NCBI GenBank assembly: GCA_041287245.1 | Contig: JBEULP010000039.1 | Location: forward strand, 17,608-81,607 | DNA: 64,000 nucleotides | Source of the DNA: Infirmifilum sp. | Lineage (GTDB): Archaea; Thermoproteota; Thermoprotei; Thermofilales; Thermofilaceae | Direction: 5' to 3' | Shown: piece after piece, positions 10,472-20,430 of the stretch | Numbering within the stretch: position 1 is the stretch's first letter | How the letters are laid out: each line of letters opens with the position of its first letter | Translations under genes and position numbers: made by a program | The notes under the pieces: generated by a model | Seen by the model: the letters and a program-made list of their open reading frames with translations, nothing else | What the model was told of the DNA's origin: nothing | Database searches by the model: none

Positions 10472-10906
10472 ATGTCTAGCGTTGAAAACGAGTTTCCATC
10501 TTATGATGAGCTCCTCGAAAGGGCGTATAAGTTATTGCCAAAGCGTAGGCCAAAATCGACGGGGGAGAGGTTTACACTGCCACGTTTTGAAGTAACGGTA
10601 ACCGGTAAAAGAGTATACATCACTAACTTTAAGGAGGTTGCTGAGATGCTAAATAGAGATCCCCATACGCTGCTCCGCTTTCTACTTAAAGAGATAGCTC
10701 TTCCAGGTACCTATGAAGAAAACACCGCTGTTATTCAGGGAGAAGTCTCCCCCCAGCTCCTCAACAAGCTACTCGAGAGGTTCTTCAATGACTATGTGAA
10801 GTGTCCTATCTGTGGAAGCCCTGACACGCTCCTTATAAAAGAGAAAAAGATAATGCAGATTAAGTGCATGGCTTGTGGAGCTGTTTCGCCGGTAAAACCA
10901 TTTTAG
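10472..10906 (+). CDS. eif2b: Translation initiation factor 2 subunit beta
   Basis: YDELLERAY, ERF..P, NF..VAEMLNRDP, CPICGSPDT..CMACGA zinc ribbon; ORF track start 10421. Confidence 0.95.
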   Translation: MSSVENEFPSYDELLERAYKLLPKRRPKSTGERFTLPRFEVTVTGKRVYITNFKEVAEMLNRDPHTLLRFLLKEIALPGTYEENTAVIQGEVSPQLLNKLLERFFNDYVKCPICGSPDTLLIKEKKIMQIKCMACGAVSPVKPF

Positions 10907-10914
10907 TCGTGCCG

Positions 10915-11961
10915 TTATCTTCGAGCTCCTTGCGGGCTGAATAATCCAATTCTTTCAATTTCATCTAACAACCTTTCCAAGTTTAGCTTTTTCTCCGCAG
11001 AGACGGGTATAAATTTCTCATCCTTAAAGATGAGTTCCAGTCTCTTCACGTGCTCGGGTCTCGTTACATCCATCTTGTTTGCAACTTTTATAACCTTGAG
11101 GTTTGAGAAGCTTGACGATATTTCATCGAAGACAGCTTTCTGATACTCTAGTGGGAATCCACATGTCTCAGTGGGATCGACTACGAATATGATGGCGTTG
11201 GCTATGAGACGTATTGCCAAGATAGCTTGGCGTTCAATCTTGTTTTTCTCGTTTAAAGGCGTGTCGAGCAGTCCGGGGGTATCTATCAGTTGTATTCTGA
11301 AGTGCTTCCGGTCAAGTATACCTATATTAAGTTTGGTTGTTGTGAAAGGATAAGGACTCACCTTTGGCTTGGCGTTTGTCAGCGCTCTTAGAAGAGAGGA
11401 TTTTCCCACATTCGGAGCCCCTGCGATGATTATGGTTAGAAGACTAGTATCAACCTCAGGGAGCTCAATGAAGTGTTCTTGAAACTCCCTTATTTTTCCT
11501 AGACAATCATTAAGACTTTCTAATATTGAGAGAGTTCTTCCGAAGAATGCGCGGCGGACACTGTTTATCTCGCTTTCTTTCTCCGAAGCCACTACCCTTT
11601 TCTTCGATTCCAAGTAAATTTTTCTAAGAATCTTTCTTACAGATCTCGTCTGTGCTAGACACTTTTTATATGTGTCAGGGTCAACGCTTAACGCCAGTAG
11701 TTCTCGGAAGAATGGATGGAGATCCTCAATAAATGGGCTTCTTTCGAGGACGCTACCCAGGTGCGTATCCACAGTCTTAAAAGCTCTTTCAATACAACGT
11801 AAGCTATCTATCTTTTTTGACTCCAGTTTGCCTCTACGCGGTGGCGGGGGTCTTTTTTTGCAGGCAGCTAAAGCTTTCTCGAAAATTTTCTCTCCGCTAG
11901 GATACGCCAGAATAATATTTCTTTTCTGTTCGCTTATGCTCAACTTAAACACTCTTCGCAC
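10915..11961 (-). CDS. NOG1-family GTPase
   Basis: LHPFFREL, GAPNVGKSS, PYPFTT, DTPGLLD, NKMD, SAEK. Confidence 0.93.
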   Translation of the reverse strand: MRRVFKLSISEQKRNIILAYPSGEKIFEKALAACKKRPPPPRRGKLESKKIDSLRCIERAFKTVDTHLGSVLERSPFIEDLHPFFRELLALSVDPDTYKKCLAQTRSVRKILRKIYLESKKRVVASEKESEINSVRRAFFGRTLSILESLNDCLGKIREFQEHFIELPEVDTSLLTIIIAGAPNVGKSSLLRALTNAKPKVSPYPFTTTKLNIGILDRKHFRIQLIDTPGLLDTPLNEKNKIERQAILAIRLIANAIIFVVDPTETCGFPLEYQKAVFDEISSSFSNLKVIKVANKMDVTRPEHVKRLELIFKDEKFIPVSAEKKLNLERLLDEIERIGLFSPQGARR

Positions 11962-11978
11962 AGTTAAGGGATAGAAGC

Positions 11979-12677
11979 TTACTTCCGCGCTACTAGGAAG
12001 GCATGCGCCTCGTCATAGGGTTCAAGGTGTAATGATTCCTGCACTTTATATCCTCGTTGCTCAAGGTGATCCATCTCTCTCTTATAGGTTTCTGAGGGGG
12101 CTTTTGTGACGTCAATACTCATCGCCTTTATAGCCATCATTATCCATCCACCCTTTTTCAGGAACATATCCGCGTTGTCCGCTACGTACTTGCTTTGGAA
12201 GGGCTGTGCAATATCGGCGTAGACCACGTCAACTGCCTCTACAATGTGTGCGTATTTAGAGGGGAAGCGCGCGTCTGCTAAAAGTGGGATGACGTTTGTC
12301 CTGTGATTTGCAACCTTTTCAATGAACTCTCTCATCACTCTAGGGGCGAACTCGACCCCATATAGTATGCCATTAGGGCCGATAATGTCAGAAACATGGC
12401 TTGGAGTAGTCCCAGACGCTACACCGAGATACAACACCTTTGTTCCAGGTTGTATAGGGTTAATCTTCAATCCTTTCATTATAGCGCCTGCCAGCTTGCT
12501 TCTATAGGGATTCCATATCCTGTACTCCTTGCCCTCTATCGTAATCAGCTGCTCGCCATAAACCTTAATGCCAGGCGCTAGGTTTATTGTAGCCAGCCTT
12601 TCACTGCCATCTTCAAAGGATACAACGTAGACGCTTGGGAAACTGGGGTGTTCACGCACGCTCAAAGCTCTTATCAT
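11979..12677 (-). CDS. flpA: Fibrillarin-like rRNA/tRNA 2'-O-methyltransferase
   Basis: [47 protein letters not shown]. Confidence 0.97.
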   Translation of the reverse strand: MIRALSVREHPSFPSVYVVSFEDGSERLATINLAPGIKVYGEQLITIEGKEYRIWNPYRSKLAGAIMKGLKINPIQPGTKVLYLGVASGTTPSHVSDIIGPNGILYGVEFAPRVMREFIEKVANHRTNVIPLLADARFPSKYAHIVEAVDVVYADIAQPFQSKYVADNADMFLKKGGWIMMAIKAMSIDVTKAPSETYKREMDHLEQRGYKVQESLHLEPYDEAHAFLVARK

Positions 12678-13936
12678 CTCCTATCACCCTTCCAATGTTT
12701 TTTACCTTTTTTTACTTTTTCACGTGCGTGAGGCTTCTCTTTCTTAACAGGGGGCTTTTCGTATAGTTTCTTTATTTCCTCAACTCTCTTCTCAAGATCT
12801 TCGCGCAGCTCATCGGCGCGGTATTCACCCGAGAAAGCGTCAATTCGTGCAGCAATAGCAAGCTTAGCTGCCAACGCTCTGGCTATCTTGCCTCTCTGCC
12901 ACCGTGGAGACTTGTGAATAAGCGGGTGTTGAAATATAACGCCATGCTTCGGAGGCTTAGCCCCATATCTGAGCGCTCTAAACAAAGCTTTTTCAGCGCC
13001 TAACACCTGGATAGTGCTTGCAGGAAGCTTAGCGAGTTTTTCAAGGCCTCCTGCTAGGGAGATGAGTCTAGCTCCTAGGAGAGAACCCACTAGGCCTCTG
13101 ATGTTAGGAGCAACCTCATACATTGCTTCATCAATGTATTTCTCGAGGCTACGCCTGACATTGTATAAGCGTAGACCTGTGTCCGATATAAGTCTAATAG
13201 CTTCTAAGTCAAATTCTGTCAAATCTGCACCCATGCTTTGCCCGGCAGCTTTGACTATCTTCTTAGCAACCTCTTCCTTAAACCCTAGCTTTAATAGCGC
13301 GTCCTCAGTTATTTTATCGCGATATCCAATATTACTGATAATTTTGAAATAATCTTCGTGTTCCTCAACCAGTGAGTCAAGCTCTGGAAAATGAAGGCTA
13401 TACCACTCTCTAGCTCTAGAGGCGAAGAGGTTTATTGTTTTATTTACGTCGTCAAGAGCGTTAATTGCCTGGGCAACGAACAAGTCACGCTTTTCCGCTA
13501 CCTCCTTAACCTTAATTCTCGCGAGAGAAAGTGTAATATCATGCAGGGTACTGTAATATTGGCTAGGCTTCAAACCCAGGGTGTTTTCGACAAGAACTGT
13601 AATGTTTTCCCGAACTTTCATAAACAGTTGGTTGTTTGAAGAGTGTTCAACCTTAAGACTAGGTAAATTCGATGAGAGAAAACGGGCTATGTCCTCGTCC
13701 TCTACAACAATCGTGTCACCAGCCTTCACGTTACCGGCGATGAACTTCAGGATTTCCTCCGGCAACTCTCCTCTTTCCAAGGCATTGAGAATCTGGGCTA
13801 TCTTTTCGGGTGAGACACCCTCGGAGTACAGTCTGTAATAACTTATAGGCTCTCCTCTATCACTCAAAAGATATGTGGCTAGTGGTGAAGTAAAGAGATA
13901 CATGATCATGGCTACCAAGTAGAACACTATATGCAC
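12674..13936 (-). CDS. nop5: C/D box RNP protein Nop5 (Nop56/58)
   Basis: [47 protein letters not shown]; Lys-rich tail; start may be a few codons downstream. Confidence 0.97.
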   Translation of the reverse strand: MHIVFYLVAMIMYLFTSPLATYLLSDRGEPISYYRLYSEGVSPEKIAQILNALERGELPEEILKFIAGNVKAGDTIVVEDEDIARFLSSNLPSLKVEHSSNNQLFMKVRENITVLVENTLGLKPSQYYSTLHDITLSLARIKVKEVAEKRDLFVAQAINALDDVNKTINLFASRAREWYSLHFPELDSLVEEHEDYFKIISNIGYRDKITEDALLKLGFKEEVAKKIVKAAGQSMGADLTEFDLEAIRLISDTGLRLYNVRRSLEKYIDEAMYEVAPNIRGLVGSLLGARLISLAGGLEKLAKLPASTIQVLGAEKALFRALRYGAKPPKHGVIFQHPLIHKSPRWQRGKIARALAAKLAIAARIDAFSGEYRADELREDLEKRVEEIKKLYEKPPVKKEKPHAREKVKKGKKHWKGDRR

Positions 13937-14028
13937 CTTAATATAAACATAGAGTATATGAAGCCTTCATGACGCGCGAACCGTGACGAAAATCTTAAAG
14001 TATAGAAACTCTCATTTAAAGGGAAGTT

Positions 14029-14316
14029 TTGATGAGGCCTTTAGGGAAAGTTAGGCTATATACGCGTAACAAAAATCTCTTGGTTGAAGCACACGAGGCA
14101 CCATCAATTGGTGTGCCCGTCTATGATGAGAGAATGGCACAAATCGGGTACGTCTATGATGTTATAGGTCCGGTAACGGCTCCTTTTGTCCTTGTTAAGG
14201 TGGATGAAAACCGGCATAAACCAGAAGCCTTTATCGGGAAGCTACTCTATTGGAGAGGGGCTCCTCAAAGACCTGCAAAGAACAAGAAGGGTGTTAGATC
14301 CCATGGTGGACATTGA
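14029..14316 (+). CDS. gar1: H/ACA RNP protein Gar1/Naf1
   Basis: IG.VYDVIGPVTAPFVLVK; basic tail; gar1-tfb adjacency. Confidence 0.88.
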   Translation: MMRPLGKVRLYTRNKNLLVEAHEAPSIGVPVYDERMAQIGYVYDVIGPVTAPFVLVKVDENRHKPEAFIGKLLYWRGAPQRPAKNKKGVRSHGGH

Positions 14317-15181
14317 ATGTCCCAACTGCAAGACCCGTCGCCCTCCCCTGTTTAATCCTGATACCGGAGAGTATGTCTGCCCTGTCTGTGGATTTGTATA
14401 CGGGTCTACACTGGAGCCATATGTCCCAAGGTCTCGAGACGACTATCAACGGAAGGTTCATAGTGAAAAAATGCTTAAGAATCCTGATACCACGCCCAGG
14501 TCTGTTTCTCAGCAGCACCCCTTTGCGAGTAGAATGCTAAAACAGGATATGAAGAAGAGTATAGCATATGACACGTATATTTCCAGCATTCAAAAGGAGT
14601 TTAATATTCCCGCTTATATCATGGAAGAGGTTCAAAGGCTGTTCTGGAAGCTTCACAGCGGGAAGATTCTGAGAGGGCGAAGCCATAAGCTTGTGATAGC
14701 CACCCTGTTATACACTGTGTCAAAGAAATACCCGAATGTTCATTTTACACGCGAGGCTTTAGAGAAAATAGCCTCAAGCGACATTAAGAAAATTTACCGT
14801 TTCTACCGCTTTCTAATAAAAAACGGCTATATTGAACCCGTAAAGACATATATGCAGCAAGAGTTGAGCCAGCATTTACCGGTTATTCTTAGCAGGTTAG
14901 AGCATGAGTTGAAGAGGAACAGGCAGCAGAATAAAAATGTCGCTTTCTTCCAGAAGATCCCTAAGAATTTAATCGCGAAGACTGCAGAAAATTTCTCCTC
15001 GAATTTATATGGGGCAAAGCCAAATGGTATAGTAGCTGCTACAGTCTACTTCTACATGAGGTTATGTGGTGTGCGTGTTAACCAGGATATAGTGGCGAGT
15101 CTATCTGATGTTTCCCCGCTAACTATCCGTAGGATAATCAAACAAATTTTAGACAAGGCTGATATAACAATACACTTGTGA
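14303..15181 (+). CDS. tfb: Divergent transcription initiation factor IIB (TFB) family protein
   Basis: Zn ribbon CPNC..GEYVCPVCG, cyclin repeats (LRGRS, GAKPNGIVAATVY), C-terminal HTH VNQDIVASLSDVSPLTIRR; ATG 14303 preferred over track start 14186. Confidence 0.8.
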   Translation: MVDIECPNCKTRRPPLFNPDTGEYVCPVCGFVYGSTLEPYVPRSRDDYQRKVHSEKMLKNPDTTPRSVSQQHPFASRMLKQDMKKSIAYDTYISSIQKEFNIPAYIMEEVQRLFWKLHSGKILRGRSHKLVIATLLYTVSKKYPNVHFTREALEKIASSDIKKIYRFYRFLIKNGYIEPVKTYMQQELSQHLPVILSRLEHELKRNRQQNKNVAFFQKIPKNLIAKTAENFSSNLYGAKPNGIVAATVYFYMRLCGVRVNQDIVASLSDVSPLTIRRIIKQILDKADITIHL

Positions 15182-15291
15182 GTCATTCTTTTCTCAGAGT
15201 AAAAGTTTTTAAATGTAAAGTTTATATTAAGAAGCAAGTAGTGCAAAATGCTCGTTGACAGCTACAAACTGTCAGTCTGCATGGTGACCAT

Positions 15292-16242
15292 ATGGCTCTA
15301 GTTAACGAAGACATTCAGGCTTTGAGGCAGCAATTCATCGAGTTGCGGCAAAAGCTGCAAGAGTTAAATGGAAGGATAAACGAGTTACGCACTAACAGGG
15401 ATCTGGCGAATGCCGAGGTTAAGAAGCTCTCTGCAGAGATAAGGGATCTTAGAGAGCAGTTGTTAAAAATGCGAGAACAGGTTGCACAGCTCGCCGGTAA
15501 GAAAAAAGAGCTCTACGACAAGCTTGTTTCGATTCGTGAGGAAAGGAAAAAGTTAATAGAAGAGTTAAATAAGAGCCGGGAAGACCTTAAGAAGCTTAAC
15601 ACGGAGTATAAATCCTTACGGAGTTTCCTAGGATCACGAACGTACGATGAAGAGGAATTGAGAAGCCGCATCGAACAGCTCGAATGGCAATACCAGACTG
15701 TAACGCTTCCCCCAGAGGTTGAAAAAATCCTGATGAATAAGATTAGAAGCTTAGAGTCTATCTATGTTAACGTAAAACACCTGAATGAGCTGCGGGCGCG
15801 GATAGATGAAATAAGACAGAACGTGCCGCAGCTTAAGCAAAGAATTAGCCAGCTCAGTGAAGAGCTGAAACGGGTTGTAGACGAGTATCTCAAGGTCAAG
15901 GAGGAAGTTCAAAAGATCAAGTCACAGCGAGACGAAATATTCAAGAAGATTACAGAATTACGCCAGCAAAGGGACGCTATCCGTGAGAAAGCGAACGCAT
16001 ACCACCAAGAGCTTGTGTCGCTTTTACAAGAGGAGAAAACTATACGAGAAGAGCTCGAAAGAGTATCAGTGCTCCTTAAAGCAAAAGAGTTGTCGCAGCA
16101 CCTCGAGGAACGTAAGAAGCTCCTTTACGGCAAAGCCTTAGAGGCCTTTGAAAAATACCAGAAAGGCGAAGCTCTGTCGTTAGACGAGTTTAAACTGCTA
16201 GTAGAGTTCAACATGCTTAACAAGGATCTACAGAAAAGCTAA
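15292..16242 (+). CDS. Archaeal long coiled-coil protein (COG1340-like)
   Basis: Continuous heptads; LEWQYQTVTL..EVEK and C-terminal KGEALSLDEFKLL signatures. Confidence 0.8.
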   Translation: MALVNEDIQALRQQFIELRQKLQELNGRINELRTNRDLANAEVKKLSAEIRDLREQLLKMREQVAQLAGKKKELYDKLVSIREERKKLIEELNKSREDLKKLNTEYKSLRSFLGSRTYDEEELRSRIEQLEWQYQTVTLPPEVEKILMNKIRSLESIYVNVKHLNELRARIDEIRQNVPQLKQRISQLSEELKRVVDEYLKVKEEVQKIKSQRDEIFKKITELRQQRDAIREKANAYHQELVSLLQEEKTIREELERVSVLLKAKELSQHLEERKKLLYGKALEAFEKYQKGEALSLDEFKLLVEFNMLNKDLQKS

Positions 16243-16348
16243 AGCCTGAGCTTGCGCATGCGGCTAACCTCAAAGTAGCCTTCTCTATCTCTCATATATC
16301 TCCACGGATAACTTCCTTTTTAAAATTTAAATTTAGGCTTAGCATTTT

Positions 16349-17047
16349 GTGAACGTGAACCAGTATAAAGTCCAGATAGCTCTAGATGTTACTGAGGAGT
16401 CTGAAGCTCTGCGGATAGCCGGCATGGTTGACAATGCATGCCGTAGTGGCATTCTAGATCCTCAAAGGGTAATTTTAGAAGCTGGTACACCTCTTGTGAA
16501 GCTCTTTGGAATGTCAATATTGGGGAAGATAAAGCTCGCCTCACCAAATACACACCTAATGGCAGACCTGAAGACCGCTGACGTAGGACGCCTAGAGGCT
16601 AGCTTAGCATACAGCAACCTTGCTGACAGTGTTTCAGTTTTGGCTCTCGCTCCTCGCTCAACGGTGAAATCTGTACTTTTAACAGGAAAAGAGTTTAACA
16701 GGGGGGTTGTAGTAGACTTTATCGGTGTGTTTGATTTAAAAGCGAAAGCCGAAGAGGTTGTAAGGCTGGTGAAAGAAGTGGATTTTCCAGGCGAGAACAT
16801 TGTCTTCGAGTTTCATAGAGGCATCGACGAGGAAAAAGGTAGAAGCGTGGAAGAATTTTTCAAGGAGGTTGTCGAGACGGTGCAGTATCTACGGCGTAGC
16901 TTCCCCGAGATCAAGATAGCAGTGGCTGGAGGAATAACACCTCAGTTAAAGCAGGGTCTCGAGCAGAGTGTCAAACCAGATATCTACGTCGTTGGCAGGT
17001 ACATCACATCTAATCCTGTCATTGAAAGATTGCTTGATTTCTTTTAA
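16349..17047 (+). CDS. OMP decarboxylase/HUMPS superfamily protein (3-hexulose-6-phosphate synthase-like)
   Basis: QIALD, ILEAGTPLVK..G, ADLKTADVG, HRGID, AVAGGI, VVGRYIT. Confidence 0.82.
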   Translation: MNVNQYKVQIALDVTEESEALRIAGMVDNACRSGILDPQRVILEAGTPLVKLFGMSILGKIKLASPNTHLMADLKTADVGRLEASLAYSNLADSVSVLALAPRSTVKSVLLTGKEFNRGVVVDFIGVFDLKAKAEEVVRLVKEVDFPGENIVFEFHRGIDEEKGRSVEEFFKEVVETVQYLRRSFPEIKIAVAGGITPQLKQGLEQSVKPDIYVVGRYITSNPVIERLLDFF

Positions 17048-17057
17048 AACTTAGAAT

Positions 17058-17840
17058 CTAGTCCGCGGTGGTGCGTTCGAAGTCTTCGCCGCCCGTATAT
17101 ATTTGCTGTAGATAATAATATACCTCTTCAAAGTTCTCGCTCTTCTTAGCAGAGACCATAACCACGGGGACTATGTCTAGGAACTCGTTTAAAACTCTGA
17201 TAACGCTTCGAGTGAATTGAGCATCATAGTCTCTAGGTATTCTTGCTATTTCATCTTCGAGAACCTCAGGATTGGAAAGCCACTCGGTTATTTTTTCTCT
17301 TTCCTTCTCTGATAATAAGTCAACCTTGTTAAGCAAAATAACTAAGGGTAGTTTAAACCTATAGAAGGCGGAGGCAGCCAGGAAAATCTGGGAAACGAGA
17401 TTGTAGGGGTCTGTTGAAAGCGAAGCATCAAGCAGGAAAGCGACTGCGCAGAGTCTGTCTTCCACGCATAAGGATTTAACAATTATATTACCACTCTGTC
17501 TAAAGGCAAACACCTCCATTTGACCAGGAGTATCTATAAGCACATAGCCTTCAGCTCCCTCGCTAATACTCTTACTCACCGAAGGCAAGTGTTCAAGAGA
17601 AATATCAGTGGCTGCTATGATAGCTCCATTGGGTCCCAGACCGTACTCCTCTAAAACCTCTCTAACGAAAACATACTCCCGTATATCTACATCTGGAACA
17701 TACTCGAGGTTCTCCACAGCAGGATCAAGGTTAACTGTGACAACTGAGGCTTCCTGGCTCAGCAACCAGTCCCGAAAACTTGCAGTAAAAGTGGACTTTC
17801 CCGAGCCCGCAGGTCCAACAACGTAGACAAGCATCTGCAT
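17058..17840 (-). CDS. GPN-loop GTPase
   Basis: GPAGSGKS, NLDPA, LGPNGA (GPN loop), DTPGQME, NKVD; start moved to ATG 17840, which has a TATA-like TTAAA about 30 bp upstream. Confidence 0.93.
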   Translation of the reverse strand: MQMLVYVVGPAGSGKSTFTASFRDWLLSQEASVVTVNLDPAVENLEYVPDVDIREYVFVREVLEEYGLGPNGAIIAATDISLEHLPSVSKSISEGAEGYVLIDTPGQMEVFAFRQSGNIIVKSLCVEDRLCAVAFLLDASLSTDPYNLVSQIFLAASAFYRFKLPLVILLNKVDLLSEKEREKITEWLSNPEVLEDEIARIPRDYDAQFTRSVIRVLNEFLDIVPVVMVSAKKSENFEEVYYYLQQIYTGGEDFERTTAD

Positions 17841-18037
17841 AGTGCATCGCACTATTCCTCGATCCGCAGCTTTAAGGGTTTTGTCTCCATGTGAGCGCGG
17901 CTCGTCAAGGCGGCTCAACAGGGCAAGCGCACGTAGGTTATAGGCGCGCGAAGGAACCCGGCGAGGTTAATGGAGGCTGTCCGAGGCAAGTAATAAATTT
18001 AGGTTTAACATAAGTATGTGTTAGGGCGTTTTGTGAA

Positions 18038-18454
18038 ATGTCATCGAAGTCCAAGATCTCACTGGCTGAAGAAAACATTGAAAAGCTAGAAGAGTCTTCA
18101 GTGCAGTTTGAACTTCTCCTAAAAAAGGTTCTTGAAACTATAAAGAATGAGGGAGAATCAGGTATACTTCAGAAAGAGCTTTGGAAGAAGCTGGGACTTG
18201 ATAGTAGAAAAGGGCTTAAAATACTCAGGAAGCTTGAGGATCAAGGCCTGATTGAAAAAGAACAAGTTATACAGAGAGGTAGAAAAACATACATCATAAG
18301 AGCCGCCCATAAGGTAAAAAAGGAAATAGTACTACCGGAGTTTCTGGACTATATACCTTGCTTTTACTGCAAGAACCTCGCGCGTTGCGCGAGCGGAGAA
18401 GTTGATTTCTTGAGCTGTCCTCTTCTACGAAGGTGGCTCGATAGTGATGGCTGA
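18038..18454 (+). CDS. Transcription factor E beta subunit (RPC34-like wHTH + FeS domain)
   Basis: wHTH GILQKELWKKLGLDSR..LE..GLI.K and C-terminal IPCFYC-x5-C-x9-CPLLRRWL four-Cys cluster. Confidence 0.82.
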   Translation: MSSKSKISLAEENIEKLEESSVQFELLLKKVLETIKNEGESGILQKELWKKLGLDSRKGLKILRKLEDQGLIEKEQVIQRGRKTYIIRAAHKVKKEIVLPEFLDYIPCFYCKNLARCASGEVDFLSCPLLRRWLDSDG

Positions 18455-19028
18455 GAGGGTTCTGAGGGTCTTCGTAGCGGTAAAGGTTGAAAATGGATCT
18501 GTTCTGGAGCAAATAAAAAGATTACAGGACGAGTTAGAGAGAGCTGGTTTGAAGGCAAAGATGGTTGAGCTGGAAAACATGCACATTACGCTACAATTTA
18601 TAGGAGAAATACCTCGTGAGAAAGTACTCCTAATACAAAAAAATCTACAGGAGATTAAGACACCCCCATTTACAATTAGCTTAGAAGGAGTTGGCGCTTT
18701 CCCAAACCCACGTAACCCAAGGGTTATTTGGATAGGTATAAAGAAGGGGGCTGAGGAACTCACAAGCCTTGCGAAGAGGACGGCTCAGGCTATAATGCAG
18801 GCTCGTGTTAAGATTGAGTCCGAAGATTTCACACCCCATCTGACAATTGCTAGGGTTAAGGCTCCGATAAACAGCGAGGTTAGGAGGATCTTGGATGCTA
18901 ATACCTCGACGTTCTTTGGGGAACAGTTAGTTAGCAAGTTCAGCTTAATTAAAAGCACGTTAACCCCAAAGGGGCCTATTTATACTGATCTAGCAGAGTA
19001 CAACTTGAAGGAAGCTGAAAATGAATAA
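18444..19028 (+). CDS. thpR: RNA 2',3'-cyclic phosphodiesterase (2'-5' RNA ligase family)
   Basis: Two HxT motifs (HITLQF, PHLTIAR), GAFPNPRNPRVIW, STLTPKGPIY. Confidence 0.95.
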   Translation: MMAERVLRVFVAVKVENGSVLEQIKRLQDELERAGLKAKMVELENMHITLQFIGEIPREKVLLIQKNLQEIKTPPFTISLEGVGAFPNPRNPRVIWIGIKKGAEELTSLAKRTAQAIMQARVKIESEDFTPHLTIARVKAPINSEVRRILDANTSTFFGEQLVSKFSLIKSTLTPKGPIYTDLAEYNLKEAENE

Positions 19029-20430
19029 TACCTCATCTGAGCGAGTGCGACAAACAGAAAGTATTTTCAAGAACTGCCTTATACGCTATCTTTCAAAGCT
19101 AGAGCCATCTCCAGAACAACGGAAAAGGATAGCGGAGGCAGCTGAGGAAGTCCTCTCAGTACTCCACACTTTAGTTAAGAACGAGGGACTCGAAAATATA
19201 GTACACAACATCTCTGTCCACGGATCATTCGCACGCGATACCTGGCTACCCGAAAACACAGACATTGACATTTTCATACTATTCGACCTGAACCTTACGT
19301 TTGATAAAATTCAAGCTATAACAGAGAGGCTCAGTGCTCAGACGGCACGCCTGCTGGGTGCTGTGTTAGAGACACGCTTTGCATCTCATCCATACTACAT
19401 TGTTAAGTACAAGGGCGTCGAGATCGAAATAGTCCCGGCGTATAAGGTAGACAATCCTAGAGAGATAAAAACCGCTGTCGATAGGACCCCTTTCCATACG
19501 GACTACGTTGTTGCGCGTCTATCCTCCAAGCCAGAGTTAAAAAATGAGATACGTTTTTTTAAGGCTCTATTAAAGAGACTAGGGATTTACGGGGCAGAGC
19601 TCGAGGTCAGGGGTTTTTCAGGCTATCTCTCAGAGGTTCTGGTAATATTACATGGAGGTCTACTGCCTTTACTTTTCACTGCATCGAATTGGAAACCCTG
19701 GAGGGTGTTAATTCCACCTGAAGCCCCTCAAAAATGGCGTGGCGCAGCACCGCTGGTGGTATTAGATCCCGTAGATCCGCGAAGGAATATGGCTGCAGCT
19801 GTGGGTGTTGAACAGCTTTCCAAGCTGATAGCTTTCTCACGTGTCTTCATTCACCACCCGGAGATTTTATGTTGCATGATGGAGGATTGGGAGGAGAAGG
19901 TCGAGTACAAACTGGATAAAAACGTTATAATAATACGTGTGCTTTCACATCCTCCACTTGTCGAAGATGCTCTAGCTGGGAAGACAAGGAGAATCCTTGA
20001 TTCAACTGTCAATGCTCTAAGTAGGAACGGTTTTAATGTGCTGAGGAAGCTCCTGGTAAACATAGGGGGAGAGTTTTTCTTAGTTATACAGCTAGAACAA
20101 AGCGAGCTCCCTCCTCTTGAGAAGAGAGAAGGCCCTCCAGTATGGCATGAAAATTCGCTAAATTTCCTTAAGAAATGGGCCTTCAACACTCCTCCCCCCT
20201 TTATTGAGGGTGACAGATGGGTAGTAATCACTCAGAGGAGAACTAGGACTGCCGAGGAAATAATAAGAACTATCCTTCGCGCTTACGCGGGGTTCGAATG
20301 GGAAATATTTTCAGGAGATCAGATAACTGAGAAGCTTGAAGATAAATATTCCCGGGAAATAGCTTACTCATTAGCGGGGTTAGAGCCTTGGATTACTTGT
20401 CTGCGGAGATATTTGAGTGGTCCAGGATAA
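19021..20430 (+). CDS. cca: CCA-adding enzyme (class I)
   Basis: GSFARDTWL...DIDIF, ASHPY, AVDRTPFHT, GFSGYL.E, DPVDPRRN. Confidence 0.96.
   Translation: MNNTSSERVRQTESIFKNCLIRYLSKLEPSPEQRKRIAEAAEEVLSVLHTLVKNEGLENIVHNISVHGSFARDTWLPENTDIDIFILFDLNLTFDKIQAITERLSAQTARLLGAVLETRFASHPYYIVKYKGVEIEIVPAYKVDNPREIKTAVDRTPFHTDYVVARLSSKPELKNEIRFFKALLKRLGIYGAELEVRGFSGYLSEVLVILHGGLLPLLFTASNWKPWRVLIPPEAPQKWRGAAPLVVLDPVDPRRNMAAAVGVEQLSKLIAFSRVFIHHPEILCCMMEDWEEKVEYKLDKNVIIIRVLSHPPLVEDALAGKTRRILDSTVNALSRNGFNVLRKLLVNIGGEFFLVIQLEQSELPPLEKREGPPVWHENSLNFLKKWAFNTPPPFIEGDRWVVITQRRTRTAEEIIRTILRAYAGFEWEIFSGDQITEKLEDKYSREIAYSLAGLEPWITCLRRYLSGPG

Noticed and set aside
15292..16242. Long coiled coil considered as an SMC/Rad50 or cytoskeletal novelty
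   Set aside because: No ATPase motifs; matches the widespread archaeal COG1340-like pattern
18038..18454. RPC34-like Cys-cluster protein as a novel Pol III-like factor
   Set aside because: Already described as archaeal TFE-beta
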